Assembly (NCBI GenBank): GCA_002686855.1
Contig: NYYQ01000012.1
Location: 1 to 36,387 of the forward strand
Origin: Candidatus Woesearchaeota archaeon
Lineage (GTDB): Archaea; Nanobdellota; Nanobdellia; Woesearchaeales; GW2011-AR4
Direction of reading: 5' to 3'
DNA: 36,387 nt
Shown here: positions 26,200 to 35,244 of the stretch, one piece after another
How positions within the stretch are numbered: position 1 is the stretch's first letter
How the letters are laid out: each line of letters opens with the position of its first letter
Notes under the pieces: model-generated
Database searches by the model: none
What the model was told of the DNA's origin: nothing
Seen by the model: only the letters and a program-made list of their open reading frames with translations
Position numbers and translations under genes: made by a program

Positions 26200-26390
26200 T
26201 TAATTGTCCTTTTTAGTTCTTTAGGGCAGTAAATATCATATTCAAAAACATATTTACCTTCTTGCTCAGGAATGTATCTTTTTGTCTGTTCTTGAGATAC
26301 ATGTCCTGCGGAACTACCCTTATACTTTTAATGTGAATGACCTCTAAAAGAAGGAAAAGTTTAAGTTGATAGTTCTGCGTGAGAAACTCC
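26200..26390 (-). pseudogene. IS200/IS605 Y1 transposase (tnpA) remnant
   Basis: Minus-strand frame reads GSSAGHVSQEQTKRYIPEQEGK, matching the TnpA C-terminal catalytic-Tyr helix (G..S…..RYI..Q); no start codon and no HUH core. Confidence 0.55.
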
Positions 26391-26519
26391 TATTTAGTTA
26401 GATTTATTTTAGGAGTATATCCTTTTTTATCGTTTTTTTATTGAAATTATTATTTTGATTGGCTTTATCTTTTTTATCAATAAAATAGGTTTATATAGTT
26501 CTAATCCATTTCATTTACC

Positions 26520-27437
26520 ATGTCAGAAACAGCCTTATCAATTAAAAACCTGAAAAAAACATACAAAGGAAAAGTAGAAGCATTAAAGGGCATAGACCTA
26601 GAAGTAAAAAAAGGAGATTTCTTTGCATTGCTGGGGCCAAATGGCGCTGGAAAGACTACTGCTATCAATATTATAATCAGCCTAACAAACAAAACATCCG
26701 GCCAGGTGAAAGTCTTTAACTATGACATTGATAAAGAGTTAGGCAAAGCCAAAACATGCATAGGCGTTGTACCACAGGAATTCAACTTCAATATTTTTGA
26801 AAAGGTGTTTGATATTGTTGTGCATCAAGCCGGTTATTATGGAATAGGCAAAAAAACAGCATCTAAAAGAGCAGAAAAATATCTAAAACAGCTTGACTTA
26901 TGGGAAAAAAGAAACGCCACTGCCCAAGCGCTATCCGGAGGCCTAAAAAGAAGGCTGATGATTGTAAGAGCTTTAATTCATGAACCAGAGCTTTTAATTC
27001 TTGATGAGCCTACTGCAGGTGTTGATATTGAAATAAGAAGGAGTATGTGGAAATTTATTTCTGACCTAAACACAAAAGGCAGAACAATAATCTTAACAAC
27101 TCATTACCTGGAAGAAGCAGAAAACCTATGCAGAAACATAGCAATAATAGACAAAGGAAAAATAATAGAAAATACCTCAATGAAAAATCTTTTGAGCAGA
27201 ATGGACAAAGACACCTTTATTTTTGATATTACAACTCCAATAAAAAAAGTTCCTCAACTAAAAGATCATAAAATAAACATTCTAGACCCAACAACTATAG
27301 AAATTGAAATTTTAAAAAAACAGAATCTTAACAGATTATTTGAGCATTTCAAAAAAAATAATATTGAAATATTGAACATGAGAAGAAAAACCGCAAGATT
27401 AGAAGAATTATTCATGGGGCTTGTAAACAAAAAATGA
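26520..27437 (+). CDS. ABC-2 type transporter ATP-binding protein (YadG-like)
   Basis: GPNGAGKTT, VVPQEFNFN, LSGGLKRRLMIVRAL, LILDEPTAGVD, LTTHYLEEAE. Confidence 0.92.
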   Translation: MSETALSIKNLKKTYKGKVEALKGIDLEVKKGDFFALLGPNGAGKTTAINIIISLTNKTSGQVKVFNYDIDKELGKAKTCIGVVPQEFNFNIFEKVFDIVVHQAGYYGIGKKTASKRAEKYLKQLDLWEKRNATAQALSGGLKRRLMIVRALIHEPELLILDEPTAGVDIEIRRSMWKFISDLNTKGRTIILTTHYLEEAENLCRNIAIIDKGKIIENTSMKNLLSRMDKDTFIFDITTPIKKVPQLKDHKINILDPTTIEIEILKKQNLNRLFEHFKKNNIEILNMRRKTARLEELFMGLVNKK

Positions 27438-28207
27438 AAGCTAAAGAACAATACTGCGCATTTAGGACAATTGTGGACAAGGAAGTCATAAGAATCCTAA
27501 GGATATGGATGCAAACTTTGCTGCCATCAGCAATAACAATGACTCTCTACTTCTTAATATTTGGAAAATTCATAGGCTCCCAGGTAAGAGATATTAACGG
27601 ATTTAGCTACATGGAATTCATTGTTCCGGGAATTATCATGCTATCAGTCATTACCAATTCATTTATGAACGTTGTTTCGTCTTTTTTCAGCACGAAATTC
27701 ATGAGAAGTGTGGAGGAAATTTTAGTAAGTCCAACACCAAATTGGATTATCCTAATAGGATATGCTGCTGGAGGTATTTTCAGGGGATTATTAGTTGGCC
27801 TTATCGTATTGCTTGTTTCCCTATTTTTTACCCATATCAATATCTATAATTTTGGCATTATCATTATATTTATTCTGCTAACCTCAATAGTCTTCTCTCT
27901 AGGGGGACTTCTTAACGCCATCTTTGCAAAGAGGTTTGATGACATAAGCATCATTCCTACTTTTGTCTTAATGCCCTTAACATATCTTGGAGGAGTCTTC
28001 TATTCGATATCAGTTCTTCCAGCATTCTGGCAAGGAATCTCTTTATTAAATCCAATCCTATACATGGTAAATGGGTTTAGATACGGCTTTCTTGGAATTT
28101 CTGACATAAACATCTGGATAGGGTTTGGAATGCTGGTTATATTTGCTGCAATCTTGTTTTACATCAACTTGCACTTAATGAAAAAAGGCACTGGTTTAAA
28201 AACATAA
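27434..28207 (+). CDS. ABC-2 type transporter permease (YadH-like)
   Basis: RIWMQTLLP, YMEFIVPG, FDDISIIPTFVLMPLTYLGGVFYSI, NPILYMVNGFRYGFLG. Confidence 0.9.
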   Translation: MKAKEQYCAFRTIVDKEVIRILRIWMQTLLPSAITMTLYFLIFGKFIGSQVRDINGFSYMEFIVPGIIMLSVITNSFMNVVSSFFSTKFMRSVEEILVSPTPNWIILIGYAAGGIFRGLLVGLIVLLVSLFFTHINIYNFGIIIIFILLTSIVFSLGGLLNAIFAKRFDDISIIPTFVLMPLTYLGGVFYSISVLPAFWQGISLLNPILYMVNGFRYGFLGISDINIWIGFGMLVIFAAILFYINLHLMKKGTGLKT

Positions 28208-28238
28208 ATTTTTATAATTCTTAACAAAAATAAGTTAC

Positions 28239-28589
28239 ATGAAACAATTACTTACAAAAGAAAACTTTGAATGTGATAAATATTGCGGTGAATGCTGTAA
28301 AAAGCTTGCTATTAAACTCACCAAATCAGATATTTATAGTATAAAAAATTTAGGTTACAAAGAAGAAGATTTCATTGACAAAACCCTTTCCAAATTAGGA
28401 GTGTTATTCATAAAAAATGAAAATAGTTGTTTTTTTCTAAAAAAGCATTTAAGCGGAAAATTTTCATGCAAGATTTATGAAATAAGGCCAAAAACCTGTA
28501 AAGACTATCCTTTTTTCAACAAAAAAAGAATAAAAAGCTGTTTGCCTCGGGATTTATACCCAACTTTGCTCCAACCTAAAGTCAAATAA
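28239..28589 (+). CDS. YkgJ-family cysteine cluster protein
   Basis: CxxxCGECC…CFFL…CKIYEIRPKTCKDYPF. Confidence 0.85.
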   Translation: MKQLLTKENFECDKYCGECCKKLAIKLTKSDIYSIKNLGYKEEDFIDKTLSKLGVLFIKNENSCFFLKKHLSGKFSCKIYEIRPKTCKDYPFFNKKRIKSCLPRDLYPTLLQPKVK

Positions 28590-28662
28590 GCAATAAACTT
28601 TTAAAATAAGGCTTTATTCCAGATTCTAGCTTAAAATCTACTAAACATGGAGGTAAAGTACT

Positions 28663-29202
28663 ATGGCAAGTTTCAAAATTAATATTGGAAATCCGAAAAC
28701 AAAAAAATGCTACAAAACAGAAGTTAAGGAACAGCAGGCAGCCCCATTAATGGGCTTAAATATAGGGGAAAAAATAGAAGGAAGCAAATTAGGAATGGAT
28801 GGCTATGAATTTCAGATAACAGGTGGAACAGATTACTCTGGTTTTCCGATGAGGCGTGGTATATTGGGAGAAAGAAAAAGAATTGTAATATACAAAAGTT
28901 CAGGATTTAAAGGTGGGTTAAAAGGCATGAAAAAAAGAAAGACTGTATGCGGCCATAAAATAAACGATAAAATATCGGCAATAAACCTTAAAGTTCTTAA
29001 AGAAGGATCAAAAAAACTTTCTGATTTATTTGGTGGAAAAGCAGAAGAGGCAAAGCAAGAAGAGAAAAAAGAAGTAAAGGAAGAGAAACCAAAAGAAGCA
29101 GTAAAGGAAGAAAAGCCAGAAGCAAAAGAACAAAAACCTGAAGAAAAAAAAGAGGCTAAACAAGAGCAAAAACCAGAACAAAGGAAAGAGGAACAAAAAT
29201 AA
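28663..29202 (+). CDS. rps6e: 30S ribosomal protein S6e with E/K-rich C-terminal tail
   Basis: IGEKIEG..LGMDGYEFQITGGTDYSGFPMR, KRKTVCG; SD GGAGGT; conserved rps6e-eif2g synteny. Confidence 0.92.
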   Translation: MASFKINIGNPKTKKCYKTEVKEQQAAPLMGLNIGEKIEGSKLGMDGYEFQITGGTDYSGFPMRRGILGERKRIVIYKSSGFKGGLKGMKKRKTVCGHKINDKISAINLKVLKEGSKKLSDLFGGKAEEAKQEEKKEVKEEKPKEAVKEEKPEAKEQKPEEKKEAKQEQKPEQRKEEQK

Positions 29203-29205
29203 TAT

Positions 29206-30456
29206 ATGCCAAGAACAAAAAAAACTAGTGTAACAAAAGAAAAAATTATTCAGCCAGAGCTTAACATAGGGATGGTGGGGCATGTTGACCATGGAAAAAC
29301 AACTTTATTAGAACGCTTGTCTGGAGTATGGACTGATACTCATTCTGAAGAAATAAAGCGTGGAATAACAATAAGGCTTGGCTACGCAGACACGGTTTTC
29401 TATAAAGAAGGAGATAGCTACACTACACAGCCAAAAAACAAATCAAAAGCTAAAGTACTGAGAAAAATAAGCTTTGTAGATGCTCCAGGGCATGAAAGCT
29501 TAATGGCTACTATGCTGTCAGGAGCCACAATCATGGATGGAGCCTTATTGCTCATAGCTGCAAGTGAAGAATGTCCACAGCCGCAAACAAGAGAACATCT
29601 TATGGCTCTTGAGATAATGGGAATAAAAAATATTATTATTGTGCAAAATAAAATTGACCTTGCTGATGAAAAAGCAGCGATAAAAAACTATGAACAAATA
29701 AAGAAATTTGTAAAAGGAACAAGCTATGAAAATGCTCCAATAATTCCTGTATCTGCACAGCATAATGTTGGTTTAAGTTCTTTGATAAAAGCAATTGAAG
29801 AGACTATTCCAACACCAAAAAGAGATCAAAGCAAAGACCCTTTAATGCTTGTTGCAAGAAGCTTTGACATCAATAAGCCAGGCATATTACCCAAAGACTT
29901 AATAGGCGGAGTTCTTGGAGGAACAATGGAACAAGGTGTATTAAAAAAAGGCCTGGAAATAGAAATAAGGCCCGGAAGAAGTGTAACAGAAAAAAACAAG
30001 GAAGTGTGGAAGCCAATAAAAACAAAAATTGTTGATTTGAAATACGGGGGTATGTCTGTTGATGAAATTTCTCCAGGAGGAACTGCAGGCATATTAACTT
30101 CATTAGACCCTTCAATTGTAAAATCGGATCAGCTTCTAGGTTCTGTAGTTGGTTTGCCTGGAAAATTACCCGATGTACTGCATGAGATTACTTTAACTCC
30201 CAATCTTCTTGAAAGAGTAGTTGGAACAAAACAAGAATTAAGTGTGGAACAAATAAAGATGAATGAGACTTTAATGTTAAATGTAAATTCAGCTGCTACT
30301 GTAGGGACTGTAACTGGTTTTAAGAAAAAAAATATTATCTGCAGGTTAAAAATACCTGTTTGTGCAGAAATAAATTCAAGGGTTACAATATCAAGAAAGA
30401 TCGGTAATAGGTTTAGGCTTATTGGTTATGGTAAAATTGTTGATACTAAAACTTAA
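29206..30456 (+). CDS. eif2g: Translation initiation factor 2 gamma subunit
   Basis: [65 protein letters not shown]. Confidence 0.95.
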   Translation: MPRTKKTSVTKEKIIQPELNIGMVGHVDHGKTTLLERLSGVWTDTHSEEIKRGITIRLGYADTVFYKEGDSYTTQPKNKSKAKVLRKISFVDAPGHESLMATMLSGATIMDGALLLIAASEECPQPQTREHLMALEIMGIKNIIIVQNKIDLADEKAAIKNYEQIKKFVKGTSYENAPIIPVSAQHNVGLSSLIKAIEETIPTPKRDQSKDPLMLVARSFDINKPGILPKDLIGGVLGGTMEQGVLKKGLEIEIRPGRSVTEKNKEVWKPIKTKIVDLKYGGMSVDEISPGGTAGILTSLDPSIVKSDQLLGSVVGLPGKLPDVLHEITLTPNLLERVVGTKQELSVEQIKMNETLMLNVNSAATVGTVTGFKKKNIICRLKIPVCAEINSRVTISRKIGNRFRLIGYGKIVDTKT

Positions 30457-30527
30457 TCATTTATTATTTTAAATAGAAAAAATAGATACATAAAAACAAC
30501 AACTTCTATTACCATTAATTTTCCCTT

Positions 30528-30647
30528 TTATTTATTCTTAAAATCATCCATAGCATCATCTGCATAAACAAGGCCAAGCTCTTCCTCAAACTCTTCATCC
30601 CATAGCCCATCTACCTTTCTGAATCTTTCAGCATCTTTTTTGTTCAT
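30528..30647 (-). CDS. Small acidic hypothetical protein, 39 aa, not in the ORF track
   Basis: MNKKDAERFRKVDGLWDEEFEEELGLVYADDAMDDFKNK, preceded by SD-like GGGGTGG. Confidence 0.5.
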   Translation of the reverse strand: MNKKDAERFRKVDGLWDEEFEEELGLVYADDAMDDFKNK

Positions 30648-30895
30648 ACTACCACCCCTAATAAATTACTGTACACCCTTTAAAATCACGCATTCCGGGA
30701 ATAGTATATACCATTATTTTTATATATTTTATCCTTAAATTTTATAAAAACCTTAAACTTTATATAAAAAAGAAAACTTTATATTTTAGATTTACCTTCC
30801 TTAAAGATAAACAAAGACTAAGGGGTGTATTTATAATAGTTTATAATTTATATTCTTATTTAAGTTTGTTTTAAGAATACTTAAAGGTGGTTTAA

Positions 30896-31816
30896 ATCAG
30901 AAGAAAAGTTATTCAAATAGCTAACAGCACGCAACTTATTTCCCTACCCATAAAATGGTCTCGGAAGTTTAACATTAAGAAAGGTGATGAGCTGGAAGTT
31001 GAGGAGGATGGAAGTAAGCTTTTAATTAGCGCAGAAACTTCTCCAAGCACAAAAGAAATAAGTGTAGATGTAAGTGGATTAACTCCAAGGCTTGCTGATA
31101 GATTCATGGCAAGAGCTTACCAAAAAGGTTATGATAAAATCACAATAAAATACAACAAACCAGAACTAGCGATCGCGATTCAGGATAAGACTAAAGAGCT
31201 CCTGGGATTTGAGATAATGCAACAGACTAAAGATACGATTATAATTAATAGTATCTCCCAAAAACTTAACATTGATTTTAATTCTAGCTTAAGAAAATGC
31301 TTTTTGATAACATTAGACATGGCAGATACTTGTTTAGAAGCTTTTGCCAAAGGCGATAAAAAAACCTTAGAAAATCTCTACCATAGAGATTTTGATTTAA
31401 ACAAATTCTGTTATTTTTGTCTAAGGTCCATAAACAAAGAATTTCATGGTGAATTTGGAACATATATTCTATATTACTTGATAGAGAATCTTGAAGATGT
31501 TGGTGATGAGTATAAGATATTAGCTCAACACCTAGCAAAGGTTAATGCTAAACAAAAGAAGAATTTGATTAAGATAATTTCCGATGTGAATGAATTAACA
31601 AAAATAGCATATGATTTTTTCTACAAGCCAGAAAAAGAAAAAGCAGTTAGATCCATCACATTACATGGAGAAGTAAGAAAAAATATCAATAGTATGCTTT
31701 CAACAAAAGATATCAATGAAACTGCAGCATTAAACGCCTTGGATGTGATAGCAAGAATTATGTATCATTATCCTACGATGAGATTGGATACATTAAAAGA
31801 GTTAAAAGGAAAATAA
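30896..31816 (+). CDS. AbrB/SpoVT-domain PhoU-like phosphate uptake regulator; apparent ATC start
   Basis: The frame is open 70 codons upstream of the listed ATG (31106): IRRKVIQIANSTQLISLPIKWSRKFNIKKGDELEV is an AbrB domain. Then AYQKGYDKI, LLGFEIMQQ and IENLEDVGDE PhoU-like motifs. Confidence 0.8.
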   Translation: MRRKVIQIANSTQLISLPIKWSRKFNIKKGDELEVEEDGSKLLISAETSPSTKEISVDVSGLTPRLADRFMARAYQKGYDKITIKYNKPELAIAIQDKTKELLGFEIMQQTKDTIIINSISQKLNIDFNSSLRKCFLITLDMADTCLEAFAKGDKKTLENLYHRDFDLNKFCYFCLRSINKEFHGEFGTYILYYLIENLEDVGDEYKILAQHLAKVNAKQKKNLIKIISDVNELTKIAYDFFYKPEKEKAVRSITLHGEVRKNINSMLSTKDINETAALNALDVIARIMYHYPTMRLDTLKELKGK

Positions 31817-31836
31817 TACATAGGATAATACTGAAT

Positions 31837-32772
31837 TTAAGCTTTTAATAAAATCGAGCCAAAGGGAGATCGTCTTCCACTTCCATGCTGTTCTACTGCT
31901 TTTTGTATTTGATCCGGGTCTGTAATATCAACAACACGTATCTGCTCGACAGAAGATTTTGGGTTTAAAAAATATCTCAATGCTAAATCTTCAGCTAAAT
32001 GATCTGTCCTATTATCGCCGCCCAAACGGCAGATTTTTCCTTCCAAAACATCTGTGGCAGTTAGTTCAGCTAAACGTTGATTTTCAGTGTACCCTAAACG
32101 GTGTAATTGGCCTTGAAGTGCTAAATACATATCGCCATCATTTTCTGTAACATTAGGATCAACAACCCATATCCCCCCCCGAGTAACTTTACCAAATATC
32201 ACTCTTTTTTGACCAAAGTAATGTGCAATAACTAATGTATGTGCGTCAGATTTGTCTTGAGGTATTTCACTTACATACTGCCTATCCCCACCATTTGTTA
32301 TTATTTCTGCATGATCAATATATTTTGGTCCAATAGTAGATAATACTGGGATTTTATCCTTTAACATACCACCAGTAATGTAATCTAAAGCACCTGGTTC
32401 AACATAAAGTCCAGTCTCACCTACTAAATCTGCAATTGTGTGTGCTTGGGTTGCTAATGCTCTTCCTGCAGATTCCCTAAAAACCGCATCAGATACTCCT
32501 AATGCCTCGGACATACCCCTAGTTACTTGATGAACTTTGCCCCCACCAGTAGTAAGAATTAAAGGGTAGCCTCCTTTGTGTAATTTCCTAAATTGCTTAA
32601 TTCTAGCTGCAATAATTTCCTCGAAATTCGGTGCACGAAAAGTGCTTCCCCCAAATTTAAAAAAAGCTACTTGAAGATCTAAAGGATTAGTCTCTTTTAA
32701 TCTATAATCTAAAACCCATTTTTCAACTGCGGGGCCATATCCACCTGAATTTCCACCTGATTCTGCTGGCAT
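31837..32772 (-). CDS. Divergent amino-acid-kinase superfamily protein (UMP kinase / Mo-storage protein-like)
   Basis: FFKFGGS, LILTTGGG, KSDAHTLVIA, GGIWVVDPN match AAK-fold motifs; ATG at 32772 with GGGGAG upstream. Confidence 0.6.
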   Translation of the reverse strand: MPAESGGNSGGYGPAVEKWVLDYRLKETNPLDLQVAFFKFGGSTFRAPNFEEIIAARIKQFRKLHKGGYPLILTTGGGKVHQVTRGMSEALGVSDAVFRESAGRALATQAHTIADLVGETGLYVEPGALDYITGGMLKDKIPVLSTIGPKYIDHAEIITNGGDRQYVSEIPQDKSDAHTLVIAHYFGQKRVIFGKVTRGGIWVVDPNVTENDGDMYLALQGQLHRLGYTENQRLAELTATDVLEGKICRLGGDNRTDHLAEDLALRYFLNPKSSVEQIRVVDITDPDQIQKAVEQHGSGRRSPFGSILLKA

Positions 32773-33121
32773 TTTATTATTTCTCCCCAAATATCTCTAA
32801 ATCAATTTAACACACTTACCTTCCATCACCCTTTTTTTAAGAAACGTTAAAACCTTAATAAAAAACATTGAAAACTAACACAAACAAGAAATTCACACAA
32901 TACATTCCAATTTGATTATTTTCTTTTTTCCACATAATGTCCCATTTCCAACGTCAATAATAGTATATAGTAGTTAAAATCCATATTTAAAACTATCGCT
33001 TTTATATAACCCATATAAAAAAACAGGTTTTTGTCTTAGTTTTAGTGTTTAAAAATTAAAATAGTAGTTTAATTTAAAAAACCAAAAAAATTTATAAACT
33101 AACAAAGAAAAGATATATTTC

Positions 33122-33283
33122 ATGAAAAAAATATTCAAAAAAGCATTTATATTCAGAACACTTTATCTTGTGGTTTTTGTTGTAGTTGTAATTTTACTGG
33201 TTTTCATGATAAAAAACCAATGGGATGTGAATGATGCATTTAATGATATGTTAAGTTTATTGCGTTTATCTAAATCGCAATAA
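33122..33283 (+). CDS. Small single-TM protein, possible class III signal peptide, 53 aa, not in the ORF track
   Basis: MKKIFKKAFIFRTLYLVVFVVVVILLVFMIKNQWDVNDAFNDMLSLLRLSKSQ; TATA TTTATAAA at about 33091. Confidence 0.6.
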   Translation: MKKIFKKAFIFRTLYLVVFVVVVILLVFMIKNQWDVNDAFNDMLSLLRLSKSQ

Positions 33284-34166
33284 ACTCATCATGAAACTCA
33301 TACATCTGCTCAGAGTCAAAGTTCCACAACTCTTTCCATTTTGATTCTGCTGACAAAAAATCAATCTCATTGCATTCATGAGCTATTGCGCTCTTTATCT
33401 GCTCTGCTATCAGCAATTTTCCCAAATTCTTTATCTCAACATTTCTGCCAGAGCCCAAAACATAATAGCATTTATTGTAAAATACACCTAAACCGACTGC
33501 CTCTGTTTTATTAGCAATTTTAATGCTGATTATATCCAATATATTCATTTTTTCTGCTGTTTCAACTATCTTTCTCATGCTTAAAACAAAATCTTTGTCA
33601 TTATAATCAGAATCTTTGCCAAATCTTAATTTATTCAAATCAACAAGCCTCTCAAAATCTTTTATATTGTTATTTATAATCTTAAAACCTCTTTCCTTTA
33701 ATTTTCTTAAGTCATACTTTAGATTTTTCCTATGCTTTTTATTAAAGGACATAAGATAGTTATCAAAACTATTTCCATATTTTTTCAAATCCAGGAAATA
33801 CCCTTTTTCCCCCTTAATAAAATCATAATATTCTGCTTCATTAGAATCAATATAATAAATGGAAGTCCCTTCAGGACTGTTCTCAAGAAAATATTTTATA
33901 TTTTTTTTATCTTTCAGAAAAAACTTGTTCTGCTCTGGAAACATATCCCCAAAATAAGCATAAGTATCATTTTCTTTATCATAAACTAAAGGCAGTATCC
34001 CAACTTGTTTTTTACCCTCCAGACCAAGAATAAAGTTAAACCTGAAATGATTATTATGGAAGCAATATCGGAAATCCCACAAGTCCCATAAAACTTCTTT
34101 TGTAGAAAAAATTTCCCAGAGTTTCCTGCACTCTGCCCCATCCTTAATTGTCTTAAATGTTAACAT
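33270..34166 (-). CDS. GNAT-fold acyltransferase (Acetyltransf_6/FemAB-like)
   Basis: FDNYLMSFNKKHRKNLKYDLRKL, NLGKLLIAEQIKSA, IDFLSAESKWKELW. Confidence 0.75.
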   Translation of the reverse strand: MLTFKTIKDGAECRKLWEIFSTKEVLWDLWDFRYCFHNNHFRFNFILGLEGKKQVGILPLVYDKENDTYAYFGDMFPEQNKFFLKDKKNIKYFLENSPEGTSIYYIDSNEAEYYDFIKGEKGYFLDLKKYGNSFDNYLMSFNKKHRKNLKYDLRKLKERGFKIINNNIKDFERLVDLNKLRFGKDSDYNDKDFVLSMRKIVETAEKMNILDIISIKIANKTEAVGLGVFYNKCYYVLGSGRNVEIKNLGKLLIAEQIKSAIAHECNEIDFLSAESKWKELWNFDSEQMYEFHDEFIAI

Positions 34167-35078
34167 CTACCTTCTTACGACCGAAAATGTATATGTCTTA
34201 TAAATTTTTTCTGGCTTAAACTTCCTTTTGAAAGTAAGCAGGACCTTATCAGAGCCTCCAAAATCAACATAGTCAAAGCCTTTCCTTTTCAATCTATTAA
34301 GATCATCTATATTGACAACTTCTCCCAATCCAGGATAAGAATAATCTACAATTCCTATGGCAGAATAATAGTTATTGCTATTAGGTATTCTCCATCCTGC
34401 AGTTATGGTGCTGGGCCTGCCGTCAACATACAAGGTCTTAGCAATATCAATGCCCTTAAAATCGTTATTAATTAAATTCAGATAGTAATCTGTATCCACC
34501 CTGTCATTCAGGCTTCTTTTCTTCAGCCAATTATTAAAAATCTTTTTGAGTTGTTCTTTTGGAATCTCTTTCGTGTCTTTTACTTTTATTCTATATTTCT
34601 TGTAAAATCTATTTCTAATATTCCTTAATTTTTTCATCTTATTGCCCCTAAGCTTGGGGTCCCAACTTTTCATATTGTATAAAGGCCAATGGAGAGTGTA
34701 TAGGTAAGCGCATATTCTCATTCCGTTCTGCCTCTTGAATTTCTGCAAGATCCCTTTTCTTATATCCTCAGAAACTTCCATTGTAAGCTTTTTTGCTTTT
34801 TCTTCCTTTAAAGTATAATGCAAAGCATCCCGCAACAAGTCCAGTCTATCCTTTTCAGGTGCCAAAATACCGTTAGGAAAAAGGCTCCATATATTGACTT
34901 TTTTATCGAACTGCATCAACATGCCTTTATCATTTCCATAATCGAAGAATACATTCTTGTCTTCACTATTCTCGCAGTAAAGATAATGCTTATAGTTATG
35001 CTCTGCAAAGTGGCCATATTTTCTTATTGCACCCTGTATCTTTTTTTTATGTTTAACAACATCATAAACAACTTTCAA
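34167..35078 (-). CDS. DUF2156/MprF C-terminal-like (aminoacyl-transferase GNAT fold) protein
   Basis: LRGNKMKKLRNIRNRF, YPGLGEVV, YVDFGGS…LLTFKRKFKP; TTG start with SD GGGTGA. Confidence 0.65.
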   Translation of the reverse strand: MKVVYDVVKHKKKIQGAIRKYGHFAEHNYKHYLYCENSEDKNVFFDYGNDKGMLMQFDKKVNIWSLFPNGILAPEKDRLDLLRDALHYTLKEEKAKKLTMEVSEDIRKGILQKFKRQNGMRICAYLYTLHWPLYNMKSWDPKLRGNKMKKLRNIRNRFYKKYRIKVKDTKEIPKEQLKKIFNNWLKKRSLNDRVDTDYYLNLINNDFKGIDIAKTLYVDGRPSTITAGWRIPNSNNYYSAIGIVDYSYPGLGEVVNIDDLNRLKRKGFDYVDFGGSDKVLLTFKRKFKPEKIYKTYTFSVVRR

Positions 35079-35244
35079 TTTCTAAATCACCCTTTCTGAA
35101 AATGATTTGTTCATTATAAGTTTAAATAATTTTTTATTATTAATTGTTTTTATTTTTTAATTGTTGTTTTTATTGTTATGGGAAATTTTTAAATTGATTA
35201 TATTGTTTTAATTAATAATGCTTTTATTTTTTATTGGGCTTTCA

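Noticed and set aside
29040-29202. E/K-rich quasi-repeats at the end of S6e (and the acidic SSB tail)
   Set aside because: Low-complexity charged tails that keep the reading frame; no evidence of a separate element.
30453-30515. 20-aa hydrophobic minus-strand micro-ORF ([20 protein letters not shown])
   Set aside because: Too short, overlaps the eif2g stop, and has no independent support.
30733-30784. Three imperfect AAA(C/T)TTTATA repeats upstream of the PhoU-like regulator
   Set aside because: Indistinguishable from stacked TATA-like sequences in a divergent AT-rich promoter region; too weak to call an operator.
933-35099. Numerous 60-130-aa antisense or overlapping ORFs in the track (e.g. 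5548-5925, 8316-8708, 13956-14312, 18558-18956, 10990-11337)
   Set aside because: Shadow frames of well-supported genes or of the tRNA; Ser/Phe/Ile-rich composition typical of antisense translation.
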